Under the pieces are notes generated by a model. It saw only the letters and a list, made by a program, of their open reading frames with translations, did not search any database and was not told the DNA's origin. Made by a program: the position numbers and the translations under genes. 64,000 nucleotides of DNA from Trichoplax adhaerens (taxonomy: Eukaryota > Animalia > Placozoa): positions 324,415 through 388,414 of the forward strand of contig NW_002060966.1 of the NCBI RefSeq assembly GCF_000150275.1, in the 5' to 3' direction. Shown piece by piece: positions 28,401 through 40,100 of this stretch. Numbering within the stretch: the stretch's first letter is position 1; the number at the start of each line of letters is the position of its first letter.

Positions 28401-31400
28401 TAATTAATAGTATTCCATCTAACCAATATGCTTTTATCCAAATATTGCTTGTTTTAATCGACTAATTTTAGGCGTTTGGATGATAATCCACTGGTCCTTA
28501 ATAATACAATTCACTACCCGTATGCTCATATTTCGATTGTTTCTCTGTAAGTTCATAAGAAATTCTGTTAAGATTTTACTGTAATTTATTTAAATTACGA
28601 TGCCATCGTATTATAGCTAAATTCAAATTAATATTAATCAAATTGTTTTAATCTAATTTTATCTAAAGCTAAAGTGATGATTATCTTATTCTAAACAGTT
28701 TTTCCAATATGATTATTTATGTATTTAATATAGGGGATTGAAAAGTGCGTTACATCATATTAACACCAATGATCATTGGCGACTTTCGAAGTTAACATCC
28801 TTTGTAAAAGATATGTAAGTAAAGGACGATTTTGTCCAATATGTGCATATATTTTGATTAATACTGTAGACTTAATTTTTCGAACTCAAATATAGCTATG
28901 TGAGAAGTATTATTTTCATAGATAGAATCACCTCCTATTCATAAAAATTATAGAACATCATACTTTTAATTGATATTGTATCTTTAATTGCATTAGTATT
29001 TTATAATAATAATAATTAAAAAGTGCTTATATCTCAGATATTATGCAATTGTGCAAGCCATATTGACATATGTGTGATATACGCGTATGTACAGTAATTT
29101 GACTTATTGTAAATAGCCGTATACCTCACAAATGTGATGCTGATATTACAGTAATACTAAACATATTTTGCACCATATATATGATAGCGATTTATCATGT
29201 AATGGCTTAAAAACATTGGATATATCATTAGTTGTCGGAGAAGGGTCGGCAACTCTCAAATCACTGTAAGTATTGTAAAGCATGAAATAAATTTTGGCCA
29301 AGAAAATAAATTTACATTCCAATTACTCTATCTGCTTTGAATTTTAGAGATGTATTTAATAATTCTTTGACTGGAATTATAAACGAACGAAAGGAACACT
29401 TTTTAGCTGCTAATTCCCTGTATGCCATGTTTTGTTTATTGATTGAGCGTTAAACTTCGTAAACTTTAAACTGATTGAAGATGATTCTCCGCCTGCACAA
29501 ATTCATTGAAGCTGATTATATTTTGTTCTCACTTATTTAGCAATTTAGGCAGTAACTTAATAACAGATATTTGTGAACTCGCAATTTTGAAATATATGCC
29601 TCATATATTATATTTGTAAGGATTCTAGAAATAAAAGTATTAGTCTTGTATAACTAGTATCTTTTAAATACGATACTGGCGATCGATAATCTAGGATCAT
29701 AATTATTTTTATATTTAATTTTTTATAGAGATATTTCCAACAACCATATTACCACACTCAAACCATTTTGCTTTATTTATACTTCTGAATTACGCTTCAT
29801 GTGAGTTGAATTATTATAAACCTTATCCATCGAGCCAATATTTAAGACAATTTTATGTTATTAACAGAAATTTGGGAAGTATAAATATGTAGAAAATTTA
29901 TTCTCTCGTTGGTTACAAAATGATATAACTACTCCTTCAATCCGTACATCTAATAAGTTGTGCATTGTTACTAAATTATTATTAAGTTATGACAGAATTT
30001 TATTATTTAGAAACAAGTTTAACTCTGGCTTATATTTAAGTAATATATGTTAATTTATTAATAGTATGCTATCGAAAGACTTACATTCAGAAAATACAAC
30101 ATATAACCGATCACGAAAATATACTTCTAGTCTAAAATCTAAGCCTACTGTGCAAATAATATTATCATATAGCTATCTAGTCTAACCGATAATTGATTCG
30201 CTGCTATCTGAATATTTGATAACTATCCAAGAAATTATCCAAACTAAATCGATTCTATAACTGATGTGCGTTCAATTTAATTTCTAATGTCGAACAATTT
30301 TCGGCAACTACATGGCTCATTATCTTATCAAATATATTTGCATGTATATCTGTTATTTGCAAGTTTGTATCAATCACCCTAGTCTCAAGAAAATCTCGCA
30401 TCTATCCAAAATTGACTTTAATTTAAATATTATCGTTATCAGGATATAATGTTTATAAAAATAATCGGCTACCTTTTCGGATCTTTAATTAGAAATCTGC
30501 AAAATAATCAACTTGATCAAGTTATAACAGATTCATTCTATGGACCAACATATTTATACAAGCTGTAAGTTATAATTTATCTTTTACGCTAATGCTGGCA
30601 TAAGATATTGTTGGATGCACCTTTATAGGTTTATAGCGTTAGGTGATTGATATATATCTTATACTTGAAGTGATTTTCGATGACAAATGCTTACTTTATT
30701 TTAGTAAGATAGCGTACTTTGAGGTTTGTTGATGATAACGTTATCTATGACATTATAATCAGTTTTAAAAATATTATCTATGTAAACCCTTTATAAATTG
30801 CCCAAATTCCAAAGTTTAGATTCAGTTTTGTCTAAAGTAATAAGTAGCTTACGACAATTTTCTGGTGAAGGTCGTCAGTGATTAGTCGTACGTTAGTTCG
30901 ATGTCGTAAGGATAAACCTGACAGTAGGCAAGTAGTCTGTTATTTATTAGTTGCAATTTAACTTCCTCGTTACAAATGTTAATGTATAATAATTCTAAAC
31001 AATAGATGGTGGCATAAGCTCTATTTTTCGCCTAGACATCGCCTATGTTGATTAATAATATACGCTTAATTGATCATTTAAATTATAAATCTTGGCTACC
31101 ACAACGATGCTATATCAAATAATGTAGTAAATAAATTTTATTGTTAACGCGAGTGAGTGTACTTGTTACAATCTTTTAACAGTGCATCAATTCTGTAAAC
31201 TAGCCTTGGTGATTGTTTATGCCTGAATATTTGTATCTTGAGTAATGCAAGGCTAATTTCTACAATCTTTTAGGACTGCCGATCGGGGATATTTCTGTTG
31301 TATCGTCCCCGCTAAAATTAAAGAATGCTCAGTGACAGAATTTAATAGTCGTAATAAAATATCTAATTGCCATGATTTACTTGCTAATCCATCTTTACGC

Positions 31401-32462
31401 ATCTTTACCTGGATTGTTTCCATTCTAGCAGTCATTGGTAATGCTTTGGTTATTCTTTTATATCGTCGCGATAGTAAAGCTGGTCATCCTGTACCCAAAT
31501 TAGTGGTTAGCCATCTTGCTTTCGCTGATTTCCTTATGGGACTTTATCTTTTAATTATAGCTATTGCTGATATGTTAACTCGCCATGACTATGGCATTTA
31601 TTCCGTTTACTGGAATAAGCATCCTATGTGTTTATTAGCTAGCTTCCTAATGTCGTTATCCAGCTTTATGTCTGTCTTTATGATGTTATTGATTGGTATT
31701 GATCGCTACATTTGCATCGTCTATCCATTTTCTGATAAGCGTTTAGATATGGCAACCACTAAGAAAACGCTAGGTTTAGCATGGGTCATTAGTATCGGTT
31801 ATATCGCAGGTCCGATTGTATATAGTATAAATAAACCTTACACTCAAACTGTTTATGGTGATAGTCCAGTTTGTGTGCCTATCAATTTATCTCATAAATT
31901 CTTTTACCTGTGGCTACCGAGCTATATATTTTTAACATTCATCATGTGGATCATTGTGACTATTCTCTATATACGCTTATTTATGAAAGTAAAGCAATCT
32001 GGCCGATCAGTACGTCGAAATCAGAAAACAAATCAAGAGCATCGTATGGCTATTCGACTTTTTTTAATCTGCATCACGGATATTGTATGTTGGCTACCAT
32101 TTTATTTTGTGTTTTGGCTTTCTATCTTTCAGATTAAACGAGGAGAAGCCCATTCTTACTTAAATAGCGGCTTTAGCGTTATCTTACGATTTACCATCTT
32201 ACCTTATGTTGCTGTCTTTGCATTACCAATCAACTCCGCTATCAATCCATTCCTCTATACTTTTACTAGTAGCAATTTTACTGATCGATTACCCGGTTGG
32301 TGCAAACAAGGTAGTCCTTGGTGTAAAATGGACAGGAGAAAATGGTCATTTTTTGGATCATTGTCCAGTTTAAATCAATCATCTAAATCTAATAGTAGTT
32401 TAACAATTTCATCGCCGCCTGCAAGAATTCAAAGTTCTGCATCGATAGATTCCAAGTCATAG
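16424..32462 (+). CDS. SRCR/EGF/LRR-containing GPCR (LGR-like), copy 2; start/signal-peptide exon not identified
   Basis: Frame-compatible exons: SRCR 16424-16753 ([26 protein letters not shown]...EDIGVTC), EGF 17660-17773, divergent SRCR 18353-18706, EGF 19025-19141, EGF 19315-19434, SRCR 19660-20031 and LRRNT 20119-20227 (CPPNCTC). About 31 phase-2 LRR exons follow (20518-20589, 20662-20733, 21384-21455 ... 24544-24609, 25753-25824 ... 30493-30564), then the 7TM exon 31274-32462. Summed exon lengths give roughly 1650 aa. Confidence 0.92.
20256..20350. repeat. Short intronic tandem repeat (~30 bp, 2-3 copies)
   Basis: tgataataaagcta(t/c)c(c/t)taaa occurs twice, followed by a third degenerate agctatcctaaa. 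Confidence 0.6.
25039..25644 (+). mobile_element. Solo LTR (606 bp) inserted in an LRR intron of GPCR copy 2
   Basis: Termini are TGTTAC...GTGACA (TG..CA), flanked by the 5-bp direct repeat TTCAT (25034-25038 and 25645-25649). It has an internal TATAAAA (25415-25421) and AATAAA (25492-25497). The paralogous intron of copy 1 shows an empty site (gttcacata, ~542-550). Confidence 0.88.
25247..25348. repeat. CpG-rich 11/22-bp minisatellite within the LTR U3 region
   Basis: (catttatcgtgcgattatcgcg)n, about 4.5 copies of a 22-mer built from 11-bp subunits. Confidence 0.9.
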
Positions 32463-34666
32463 ATTGGCTATGCATAACAGATTCATCATACCATCTGTAG
32501 ATGTAGGCGCATATTGTGTATTCGTATACAAAATGCTAGTTCTAGTTATCGGTATCTGTAGTTACGTAGTTAGAGCAATGTAGTATTAATTTATCCGTGC
32601 ATTTACTGGCATGAGGTTTTTTTGAGAAGTAATAATATTCTATAATGTAGCTTCATTAATGTTTGTTGTATTCTCTATCGATAGTATACAGTACTATGAG
32701 AGTGATTCCTAGTTGCAATTCTTATAGAAATGATCGCTAATCTAGGGACTCTATACTATCGCTACACAGTTATATAGAGTCTTTAGACTATAGCTATACA
32801 GAGAAAGTAGATATAAATTACAAAAAAGATATCTACGTATAAGTTAGCCTAGTTCTAACTTTTGTCTATCTTCTCTATAGTCATTTACTAATCCAATGAT
32901 TCATTTTTTTGGTGTGATATTACAAGCAATAAATGATGTTCTAGTTGATATGACTGCTGTTAGATAGTAAAAATTGGATAAAATCAAATCAAAGGCGTAA
33001 CATGCATGTTGATTAATTATCGAAGATATTGTTGTAATGATCACGCATAATAGTTATCTTACTCCTAAGCTAGTAAACAATTTAACATTAAATATACAGT
33101 ATATAGGGTATCTACTCTGCGAGCAGTATAATATAATATGGAACTGATAATAACTATACACCAAACAATCGTTTGATTCTGCTTGCTTGGTTGGATGGAT
33201 TTGTGAAGTACTAGATGATTGCTATCTTATATGATTAACAGTTAATGCTATGAGGCTAATAAACACTATACAATAATCGTCAATTTTATACGATTTTGCT
33301 CATATTTCGTCCAAGTGAGTAAGTGTAAGCTGCTAAAAATTCATACGTCATGTTCAAAAGAGGAATACCTGCTGTCAGAGTGGAAGAAAGTGTACAGTAT
33401 GTACCTTTTCATAGCAGCATGGAATACGATATTACATTATAAACTATAGTATTTTTATTGATGATCAAATTACCGTCATAGCAGTTGATTCTACATAGGC
33501 GTATGTGTATTTCTTGTATTTTGAAGCATCTACAGTATGTGCACTATCGCAGGCATATTATTATAATACAATTATTCAACAGTAGAGAGGAATTGACCTA
33601 TTCCGCTTTTGACCTGATTTGCTAAGACTTATCGCATGCACTTGATCAAATAAGTGGAGAGATATAAGACAGAGTTCGTAGCTATCACAAACTTTAGAAT
33701 AGTGATATACAGTAATGCACCATCGGTATTGTCGATATCCTAATAAACTGTTGTTGTACTGTAAGGTCCATCGCTGATTTTTGACTCGATTTAATGTCAC
33801 TCTGTTCTCTACTATCAATTGTCAGGAATGGACTACTAATGGGCCAATATTGTAGAGACTTCTTACTTTGTAATCAATCAAATAAAAGCAAAGAGATAAT
33901 AAAATATCGTTCAAGACTTATCATAGACTCGGGAATACTGTAGTTATATACAGTTATCCACCAACAATATTCTATAGTACTTGGATATCTCCATGTGTTG
34001 CTGTTATGGGGTCAAACCCATAGTCGATTTTATTGATACTATTGCCAACTGTTGAAGGGGTTAATTAAAGAATAGACATCTTTCTAGAGCTTGAACGTTG
34101 CTCTTTCTCTGGTCATTAGACCTGTACAAGACCAGTCACTCGTGAGATGTTGGTCAAGGTCTGGCAGTATCGTCGCAGCGAATGTTTTTTAACTGCTTCT
34201 AGGCTGACTGTAACTGCTAGTCATCGAGTGAAAGGTAAACTGTCCATAAGATTCATGTTATTTATTAATCCATTTAACAGCTATTATTTGCAATACAGAT
34301 AACGCAACATTATGCATGAATTATGCGGAAAAAATGGCATTCGTATCCAGATATGGTTAGTCCAGCTATAAGAGCCACGTTAACATGCTACTAATGAACA
34401 AAATAACAAGCACAAAATAGAGTCGATGTACAATGTCAATCTGTTCTTCCAGTATAGTCATCCGCAAGATTACCCAATGATATTCTAACCTATCATAGAT
34501 TGCCAAGTTATTTATTTCTTCATAAGATACAGCCAACTGGAAAAGAGAATAGAGTCTTTCCAACCTTGTAGAACTGTTAGCGTTAGCAAAATGGCCATTG
34601 AGTCATGACTGACGTTGAAATGTTCTTGTTTCAAAAATAATAAAATAGTAGTAGGCAATAAACTCT

Positions 34667-34918
34667 TTATTCATCATTGGCAAAATCGGCAGGATTCTTT
34701 CTGCTTAATTCAATAAATTTCTTATTGCTCCATTTGTAAACGCAAACGACCATGATCAACGATGGCGCAACATAAGGGAAGGATTCGCTGAAACGACGTA
34801 TGGCGTTAGGGATGCCATTCTTCAAAATGCCAGCCATACTTCTTTGCTCGAAAGGTGATAACGAATAGGTAATGACATGGCGTACTCTGGCTATTCTACC
34901 CCAAACTAGTCCAGTCAT
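34667..34918 (-). CDS. UQCRQ: Cytochrome b-c1 complex subunit 8 (QP-C/Qcr8)
   Basis: The 83-aa ORF has the family motifs WGRIARVRHVITYSLSPFEQR, GIPNAIRRF and C-terminal RKNPADFANDE. The coding region is intronless. Confidence 0.97.
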   Translation of the reverse strand: MTGLVWGRIARVRHVITYSLSPFEQRSMAGILKNGIPNAIRRFSESFPYVAPSLIMVVCVYKWSNKKFIELSRKNPADFANDE

Positions 34919-34983
34919 GTTGAATTTTTTGCCTTGAGATTGGATAAATTGCCAAAAGGAATCTTGGATAGCGTTGCAACGAC

Positions 34984-34995
34984 AATATGGCTGCC
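34984..34995 (+). promoter_or_regulatory. YY1-like motif just upstream of UQCRQ
   Basis: AATATGGCTGCC resembles the YY1 consensus AANATGGCGGC and lies ~65 bp upstream of the ATG. This is a motif match only. Confidence 0.35.
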
Positions 34996-35129
34996 ACCTT
35001 TCCGTTGACGCGAGGGCTAATGAAGTGGATAAATTAGACGTTGTACCGTCCTGTATGGTGCCAAGAGTATCGTATCAAACACTACATTCCATGTACTACG
35101 GAGAAAATCTCTACCAGCACGCTATGGCA

Positions 35130-35670
35130 ACGCACGTACTGTATTGTACAGTACATTGTACTCTATTTTACAGTACTACTCACTGTACAGTGTGCATTTC
35201 GATAGTGGACCACTTTGGACGGTTCTGAAGTGTACGTCTGTACGTCTGTAAATCTCCAACCATTTGAGACGTTTCATCGGCGGATTCTCACCCTTTCCAG
35301 TGCTTCAAATCTGTACAGTGTACACTGTTGGACTGTTCTGCTGTGTACGTCTGTAAAATCTCCAAAGATTGGACGGTTCTGAAGTGTACGTCTGTACATC
35401 AGTCAATCTTCAACGATTTGAGACGTTTCATCGATGGATTCTCACCATTTCTAGTGCTGCAAATCGGTGGAGTACTGTACAGTACAGTACAGTAGAGTCT
35501 CGTACTGTACACTGTACAGTACATTAGATTGTAGTACTGTAGAATAACCTACAGTACTGTACTGTACAGTACAGTATAATGTACTGTATACTGTACTGTA
35601 CGTGACTTGATCAAAGACTTGTACCAGGAAGCACAATCTACTCGCGTTGTACTGTACAGTGTACAGTACA
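35130..35670. repeat. ACTGT/ACAGT-based low-complexity palindromic repeats with an embedded ~95-bp direct repeat
   Basis: Dense tactgtacagta and cagta runs. ttggacggttctgaagtgtacgtctgtac...tttgagacgtttcatcg..ggattctcacc.tttc.agtgct.caaatc occurs at ~35215-35311 and ~35369-35465. Confidence 0.85.
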
Positions 35671-36024
35671 ACGCAGCACTCAGTCATCGAAATTGAGCGG
35701 GTGTCATCATTTCTGCATTCAAAGTCACCAACCACTGTAATAGAGATGATGCAAATGGAAACATCCGTGCACAATCAATAGACACAATGTCAAGTGCACT
35801 GCATGATGCAACCGGTTTTCTTTCTTTCCTAAGTTGGATCATTTTGCAGTACTAGAAATACTGATGCATGAATCCATGCATGGACTGCTTTGCAATAGTA
35901 GGGTACGAGGCTTACTATTTACAACATATTCTACAATTTCTATTCACGTTTGCCATCCTAATGTTTGAAACGTTTGCTGATCAACTCACACACTGTACAG
36001 TGTAGACTACGGTAATGGCCACTG

Positions 36025-36816
36025 TGCAAAATAGATGTTGTCTAAATGTGTTTACGCTATACTAGGAAAGCTACCTATCGACGACATTCATTTTGCATGC
36101 TGAAGGTCAACGCTATTGTGAAACCTTAGACAAAATCATTTTGTATTGACATCAAGGCAGGAGAAGCTGCCGGTATGCGATCGAAAAGCGTGTCAAATAG
36201 ATGTCGTTTAAAGTGTTGACACTATGGTGGAAAAGCTGCCTTTTGATGACATCTGTTTTACATCCATACTGATTATACATTAATCTCGAAATGGGTTCAA
36301 TACATGTCGTTTAAAGTCTTGACGCTATGGTGGAAAAGCTGCTTATGGACGACATCTGTGCCGACTATTAAACTCTGAATTTGGCGAGTCCACGTTACTG
36401 CAGTAATTACTGAATTACCATAGTAAGCACTGCTGCAAATTTCTTGAAACGGTCCTCTACAAAGGTCCATCAGTCCATGCTAACCTGATGCAAAATCGAT
36501 GATATTACACGAACATCGAGGTCGGAGAAGCTTAGGGTATAGGATCCAAAAACGCGTAAAATAGATGTCGTTTAGAGTCTCGATGTTATTATACTGGCAA
36601 ATGAAGTTGAATAGACAACATCTGTTTTTACTTCCTAAACTATCGAATTAGCATATGCAAACATTCGATGACATTCGTGAATTTAGCGAATATAAACATG
36701 ATTGCAAAGAGAATGTTGCGAGTATGCCATTCGCACTAAAAGCACAAACAAAATACATGTCGTTAAAGCCATGATGCTATACTCAAAAGAGTACCTGTAA
36801 GGATGACATGTATTTT
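36025..36816 (+). repeat. Array of five ~60-75-nt inverted-repeat (hairpin) units separated by variable spacers; candidate structured RNA
   Basis: Units lie at 36025-36097, 36191-36262, 36299-36359, 36556-36631 and 36750-36816. Each has a left arm AATA(G/C)ATGT(C/T)GT and a right arm GA(C/T)(G/A)ACAT... Confidence 0.8.
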
Positions 36817-37165
36817 ACATAATAGTCTACGCTGAAGTAGCAGTATATCGTCTTGGTGCTCCACATCACTTTAAAGTCATCCAACACCGATAGGAAGTCA
36901 ACATACGCAAACATGCGGTAAAATCAATGAATTTGTATGAACCTCCTGGCAAGGAGAGAAGTATCTACTCTCTTTAGCAAATCCTCTAGCGCCAGCCAAT
37001 TCACTGATTGACAGCGTCATCATGGCCGCTTGCCCAGGCATCATGGAGCCATGCTTGAATTAAGTTAGCCATCCAGTTTGACAAGAGAATTAGTGATTGA
37101 CTGTTGGAAAGGTTTCTACTATATCTTGAGTCGATATTTTCATTGGATGAAAGTGTCATGAAAAC

Positions 37166-40100
37166 ATGGATAGCAGTGAATTAGCCACATCTTGCAAGAA
37201 GTTATTTCCTGGTGATGTTTGCATAGCCATATCCTTCAATTAAATTAATTATTTTTAATTGCTCTAACCAAGATTGATTTCAAAGGGTAGAGTTAGATTT
37301 GATTCTTTCACTGGACGGTATAGTGAGCAGCAAGTAGCGAGGGATAAATGGCTGTAATAGTATAAAAGAGATAATCTTCTACATCAATGAAGAATGAATC
37401 CATAGATTGACTGTCAATTCGAGCTTGTCAAGAGTCTTGTGACTAGTTCATGCATGTGGAGGCAAGATCGTCGAAAATCAAGAGTCTCTTTCTTCTAAGG
37501 AAGAATTTTTCCTACAGAACCTATTGGCTATTTTCACCAGTACGGCCCTATTTTCAGATACATGTACTACTGCTGGCATTGGTTGTTAGTGACAGAGCTT
37601 GATTGATTCATATCTTGTTGATAGTTGAAATATTGATCCTATTGATGCATGGCAGACTGTCTATGTTAATGGTACTACCGTAGTCAGGAACATTCATACC
37701 GCTCGCAGTACTTTTTCTCATAGCGCTCTTATGTCGGATGAAAATCTTGCTTTTACTTTCTACTTTTCATGGCAACTCTTATCATCGATGCCATTCGTCG
37801 GAGCTCGATTTTATTTGCTACTGCAAGTAAACTGACGTAATCAGCAGCTAGACAGCACTGGTACTTTAGGCTGTGTTAGAAATTAGTTTTGTCTATCAAT
37901 GCCTCAATCATTTTACGTAAACTGGTACGTCTATTCCCTTGTCTACTTGACCGTCTTATTCTGGAGAAAGCTTGTACTTGTAGATAGTTTTTAGATGCAA
38001 ATCTAGTCCATTGGCCAAAGCCTATTTGCTCCTGTTTTGGGGGTTTGTATAACTACAGGATAAGGATACGCCATCCGATAGTTAAAATTAATCAACAATT
38101 ATTAAAGTGTGAACAGAATTTAGTCATGGCGTTGTCTTTCTTAAATTCTTCATCACGTTTGTGTCCTTGCATATGGACTATATTTAATAATAAATTAAGG
38201 TAGCAATGGAAGTCGACATCGTCATTTCAGCCTATGCTTAGTAGTCATTCGATAACTTTACAAGTAACAATAGTAGAAGCTTGCCTCCAATCCTTCCGAT
38301 CATCATCAATAAATTATAATTAGACTGAATAATCTGAGAGTAAACTCCCCTGCATGCGTTTTATTATTATTATTTTTGTCGACGGTATTGCCAATCTCAA
38401 AAAACGCGATGGTAAATTATTTTGTTATTTTCATATCATAACTGACGATATCCTTTACCATTCCTGAAAGGTTGTCAGCCAATGGCGCTAATCTCTATCA
38501 TCACAGTAATTTTGCAAATCCTATACTGATAGGAACACCTCTGGATTGGTCGTTATTAGTAACGAGAAAGTTATATATATATATATATATAAATATACAT
38601 ACGATGCATTTGCAAGTATCTTGTAGCGTAATCGGTCGGAATCTACCTGAGATGGCGGCATGTGATGTTACTGATGACGATATGGTTCCAATGTTATTAT
38701 ATGTACTGCAACTTTCCAATCTCGTTTCATTATTATTCCGTAATGTATTTCTCATACGATCTAATCATTAATGAGAAGAATATTAAGCAATACCATCAGT
38801 AATATAATTTCATTTAAGACGTTTTTTATAACCTAATCGAAATCCACTATAGATAAGGATAAGGCTCCAATATTATTGATGCTAACTATATCCCAATCTC
38901 CTTTTCAAACTGTCATGCCATAAATGCGATATTACTGCAATCGCTCTTGTACAGCAATGACTATTCTCTATCGTCTCTTTTATGGCGAGTATCTGTCATG
39001 GTTTTCTTCAATAGCTATGACTATTCTCTATCGTTCCTTTTATAGGGAATATATTATTGTCTTGTTAAATACGCGTATATTGACCTTGGATATTGTATCA
39101 TAGCTGATATAATGATATAGTATCAGATAGACTATCAAGTTAACACAGGCATTATTTCATCGTTATTAACGTGTTAAGAATAGAACTTGATACCGCAGAT
39201 ATGCCGTTACACCAGCGTACACTATTCTACAATACCATATTGTATAATGTCATTTTATGCTGCGTTTCCTTGACTTTCTCTAAGCAATCAATGCCTCACG
39301 CATGTCATGGAACAAGTCCATCGTTTACCGATCAATGCTGGTAATGTTGGTCAGAAGTTGTGACCATGATTATGGGTTAGTAGGATTGTTATTGTTCATA
39401 TGATTTTCGTGCAATCCTGCTTGATTTCATTGCAATATGAAATGATACAAATTAGACATTAGTTAATAATCGAAATAACTTCCATCGGATTAATTAAGGT
39501 AATGAATAGAGTTATGTTCCATTCAGTGTAGATCGATCGATATCATGATTAAATATGGTGATGATGTGGTCTTAAAAATGAATAGCTTTAGAAGTGAAAG
39601 ATAACTTGTTAATACTAGTATAATGCAGTTTAGAACTATTTAAACGCCTACTTCCAGAGTTCCACGATTACAGTAATGTTCTATTCAGTGTAGACCGATC
39701 GATATTGTAGTTAATTTAATTATGATAGTGATTGAAACTGGCTTAATGTTTGTTCTACTTTCATAATGATAATAGCGTAATTACTGCTTATTAAATAATA
39801 TTGACTATACAGTGTACAGTATCATAGTCATCTCCGTAGTGAACGTGATGATGACTTAAAATTTAATGTATGTTGTAGTGGATTGAATGTTTTGATGCTC
39901 ACTACTGCGCTTTCTTAAGACCTTATTGCAACAAACAGGGACTAGTTGATTTCATTAACAAATGCAATTAAAGTTTTATGCCATGTTTAACACTGCACTA
40001 TAAAGATACTGACCAGCTTCATCAATTGCATAAAAAATTTCTTATTTAAAATTTTAGCATTATAGTTATGGACACCTCTAATAGTGATCATCCGCATGTT

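Noticed and set aside
34974-35774. ORFs 34974-35228 (+) and 35451-35774 (-)
   Set aside because: They are translations of ACTGT/ACAGT low-complexity repeats (TVQYST-type peptides).
36025-36816. Hairpin array interpreted as a CRISPR array or as SECIS elements
   Set aside because: The context is eukaryotic with no cas genes, the repeats are degenerate and the spacers are irregular. Only unit 5 has ATGA..AAA..GA, its spacing is short, and the array is not in a selenoprotein 3' UTR.
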